A stretch of 62,575 nucleotides of DNA, counting the filler, from Sphacelaria rigidula (Eukaryota), in NCBI GenBank assembly GCA_964200075.2. It is 10 parts of 10 records of this genome, joined end to end, with 100 filler letters (N's around TTAATTAATTAA, not from the genome) between each part and the next. Parts side by side here need not be neighbours in the genome. Positions count along the whole stretch, not along the records: positions 56,409 to 62,575 come from CAXNAA020021797.1; 9 more parts are not named here. One strand, written 5' to 3'. Both the position numbers and the translations under genes were made by a program. The notes beneath the pieces were generated by a model. It was not told where the DNA came from. It did not search any database and saw only the letters and a list, made by a program, of their open reading frames with translations. Position 1 is the stretch's first letter, and each line of letters opens with the position of its first letter. Shown here one piece after another: positions 60,401-62,575 of the stretch.

Positions 60401-60792
60401 TACTGAATACTGTGGGGAAACCCAACCTAAAACTCATCTCCCTTCCCAGCCATCAATCACACGAGCGCAACATAACCACACATCCTATAATTGCGTCAAA
60501 CACCATAATCTTACATGGACACACAAAGTACCATAATCGTATTGTTTCTACACACCACAAGCCACCGTGCCTACACCAGGAATTATCGTGTGTCACATGA
60601 GAGATATTCTCATTTTTCGCCCAATTTAACCGTCGTAAACAGTACCTGCACTTATTGACCGTTTATACCCGATCCTCTACCGAGGTACATACCCGATCCT
60701 CAACCGAGGTACAAACATACTCCAGGCGAATCCAATCAACCATGCATATCATACTTGAGTGTTAGTATATTCGATTACGTAAAAGGGCTCAA

Positions 60793-60909
60793 CCCTTTGG
60801 GAAGCCATTGACGACTTTTTTTTTGTGAATCCGCATCATGTCGACTCGAAAATGACTTAAAATGATGCCGACTCACAAAAACAAAAACCGCCAATGGGTT
60901 CCAAGAGGG
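60793..60909. mobile_element. ~117-bp palindromic TTAA MITE related to family A
   Basis: TCAA-CCCTTTGGGAAGCCATTG...CAATGGGTTCCAAGAGGG-TTAA; inner GAATCCGCATCA / TGATGCCGACTC. Confidence 0.75.
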
Positions 60910-61026
60910 TTAAGGCTAATCCAAATTTCGGTGACGATTTTCGAGTGGGAAAGGATGAAAAACAAAGGCCGGCAGACGATTAATTCGGGAACTCGGAAGA
61001 CGTTTATCATTTGTCATTATGTAGTG

Positions 61027-61075
61027 CCACCACCACCACCACCACCACCACCACCACCACCACCACCACCACCAC
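61027..61075. repeat. (CCA)n microsatellite
   Basis: Read directly. Confidence 0.95.
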
Positions 61076-62575
61076 AGAACCAAGACGCGACGGAGTCGAA
61101 GAAATGGACAGAGCATGGCATTGTAATGATGCTGATATACACCTGTAGTGTGTGTCTGAAGCTATGTCCTCGACGAAGACTGGCTCAAATCACCCAGTAC
61201 AGCGCGAACAGCAGCGACTGATACCCCTCACAAAGCAGCTCAGACACGTGATCATATTTGTACAAGCTAAAACGTCATATTCCAGTATTCCCGTCAGAGA
61301 CACACGATCGAAGATTACTGGCACTGCACGAATGTCAACGCGCTGCAACTCGGTACACGTGTACAACTAGCACTCTACTGGTCACAGTTCAAGGCCAAGA
61401 TTGCACCAACTACCCTTCGGGATAGTGCAATAACTCTCACTTTTCCTCGGTATTTTCATCTACGACAAGGGTTTGCGCTACCAGGACCTGGACGACTGGT
61501 CGGGCATGCGCCTGGGCAACTGCAGACAGAGCAATATAATTCGTCTTTGCAGCTGCTATATGCATCGAAATATTGCGAAGTCCATGGGGAGGGGTTTGAA
61601 ACATTTGTGATGCGGTGTAAAAGCTTGACGGATCGTGTGTGGCATCCAACATGAGCAAGCCGTAACGGCCCCGCGTTCGGGTGCTCTTTTTTTTGTTTTG
61701 AATATCCTCTCCCGCAGTCGTACATGCAAATATTATCGCGCCCATGTTTACGTACAGCACGAACATCTGGACCAGCGAAAGGTGAACACCAACACCGTCG
61801 CAGTGTGGGTAGAATCCTCAGTAAACCTGGATAGACAATACTTCGTACTTGCAACTTGCAGGTTACCTGAGAATTCTATTTCTGTGGTCTCAGACGGTAG
61901 CCGAATGGTTTTGTTTGTAGTCATAAAACAGCTGCTTTCCTCGCGAGTTGCAAAATTGCTACAATGATGTGCATGCCGTTGTCGCTAGTGTAGTGCGTGA
62001 AGCGTACTGAGGGGATTCCAGTCATTTATTCTTTTTCTGTAGCTTCCTGTAGCGAGTGTTTCCGGCACAAGACTCCAGTTCGGAAACGTCAAAACAGCAC
62101 CAGACACGAGAATATTACCGACCATGTCGCAGATCCACATAACGCGTGAGTGGTCTTGAGCCCAGGTTACCCGAAAATCTCAGAATAATAGTATCAGATT
62201 ATTTCAATCTCGGTGATGTGGCCAGATTACCTCCGTATGCTAGAGCAGCATGACTCGAGACTTGCATAATATACCTTGTCCAAGGAACATAGAGTAACGT
62301 CTTTTCCTCGTGGAATTCCTGTCGCCGCGCGCCAGGTTGTCGCCCAGGGAAAGCTGGCTCGTACCAAATAGGCGTTCATTCATGACGAATGCTAGGTATA
62401 GACAGATACCCGCAACCCTTCCCTCCCCCTGGTTCGGCGAGAACCCGGCGTGCTCCGTCCTGGCTTTATAGGGATACGAGGTCAATAGTCTCATGACTAT
62501 GGCATGCATGATCATGAGTACCCCCCCCCCCCCCCCATAAGCCATGGCTGTCTCTGGAAGTGGCGATACCACAGA

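Overview
This window is not one locus. It is ten unlinked eukaryotic contigs of 6167-6168 bp, apparently sorted by size, joined by an artificial 100-bp linker (44 N + TTAATTAATTAA + 44 N). The content points to a photosynthetic stramenopile, most likely a brown alga. Clues are short exons in long repeat-rich introns, a chromophyte-type light-harvesting gene, GGA(I)/FxxN-repeat and FNIP-repeat genes, and TACTG/CAG microsatellites. Host gene pieces reconstructed by hand: the first exon of a DHX35-like DEAH helicase; the last three exons of a polymorphic-membrane-protein-like (GGAI/FxxN) repeat protein; the first exon of a probably secreted thioredoxin-fold protein with an iodothyronine-deiodinase-like active-site motif; two exons of an Lhcr-type antenna protein; two FNIP-repeat exons; and weaker LRR-like exons. 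Mobile DNA dominates. There are decayed chromodomain Ty3/gypsy, Ty1/copia and non-LTR (LINE) retroelements and a tRNA-derived SINE. Several non-autonomous DNA-transposon families have TIRs and target-site duplications readable directly in the sequence: ~100-bp TTAA piggyBac-type MITEs, ~256-bp hAT-type MITEs, a 1.57-kb long-TIR element with a 9-bp TSD, and a 1.83-kb TIR element inside the LINE. The best lead for new biology is the deiodinase-like Cys enzyme in a probable brown alga. All family assignments come from motif recognition; no database search was run.
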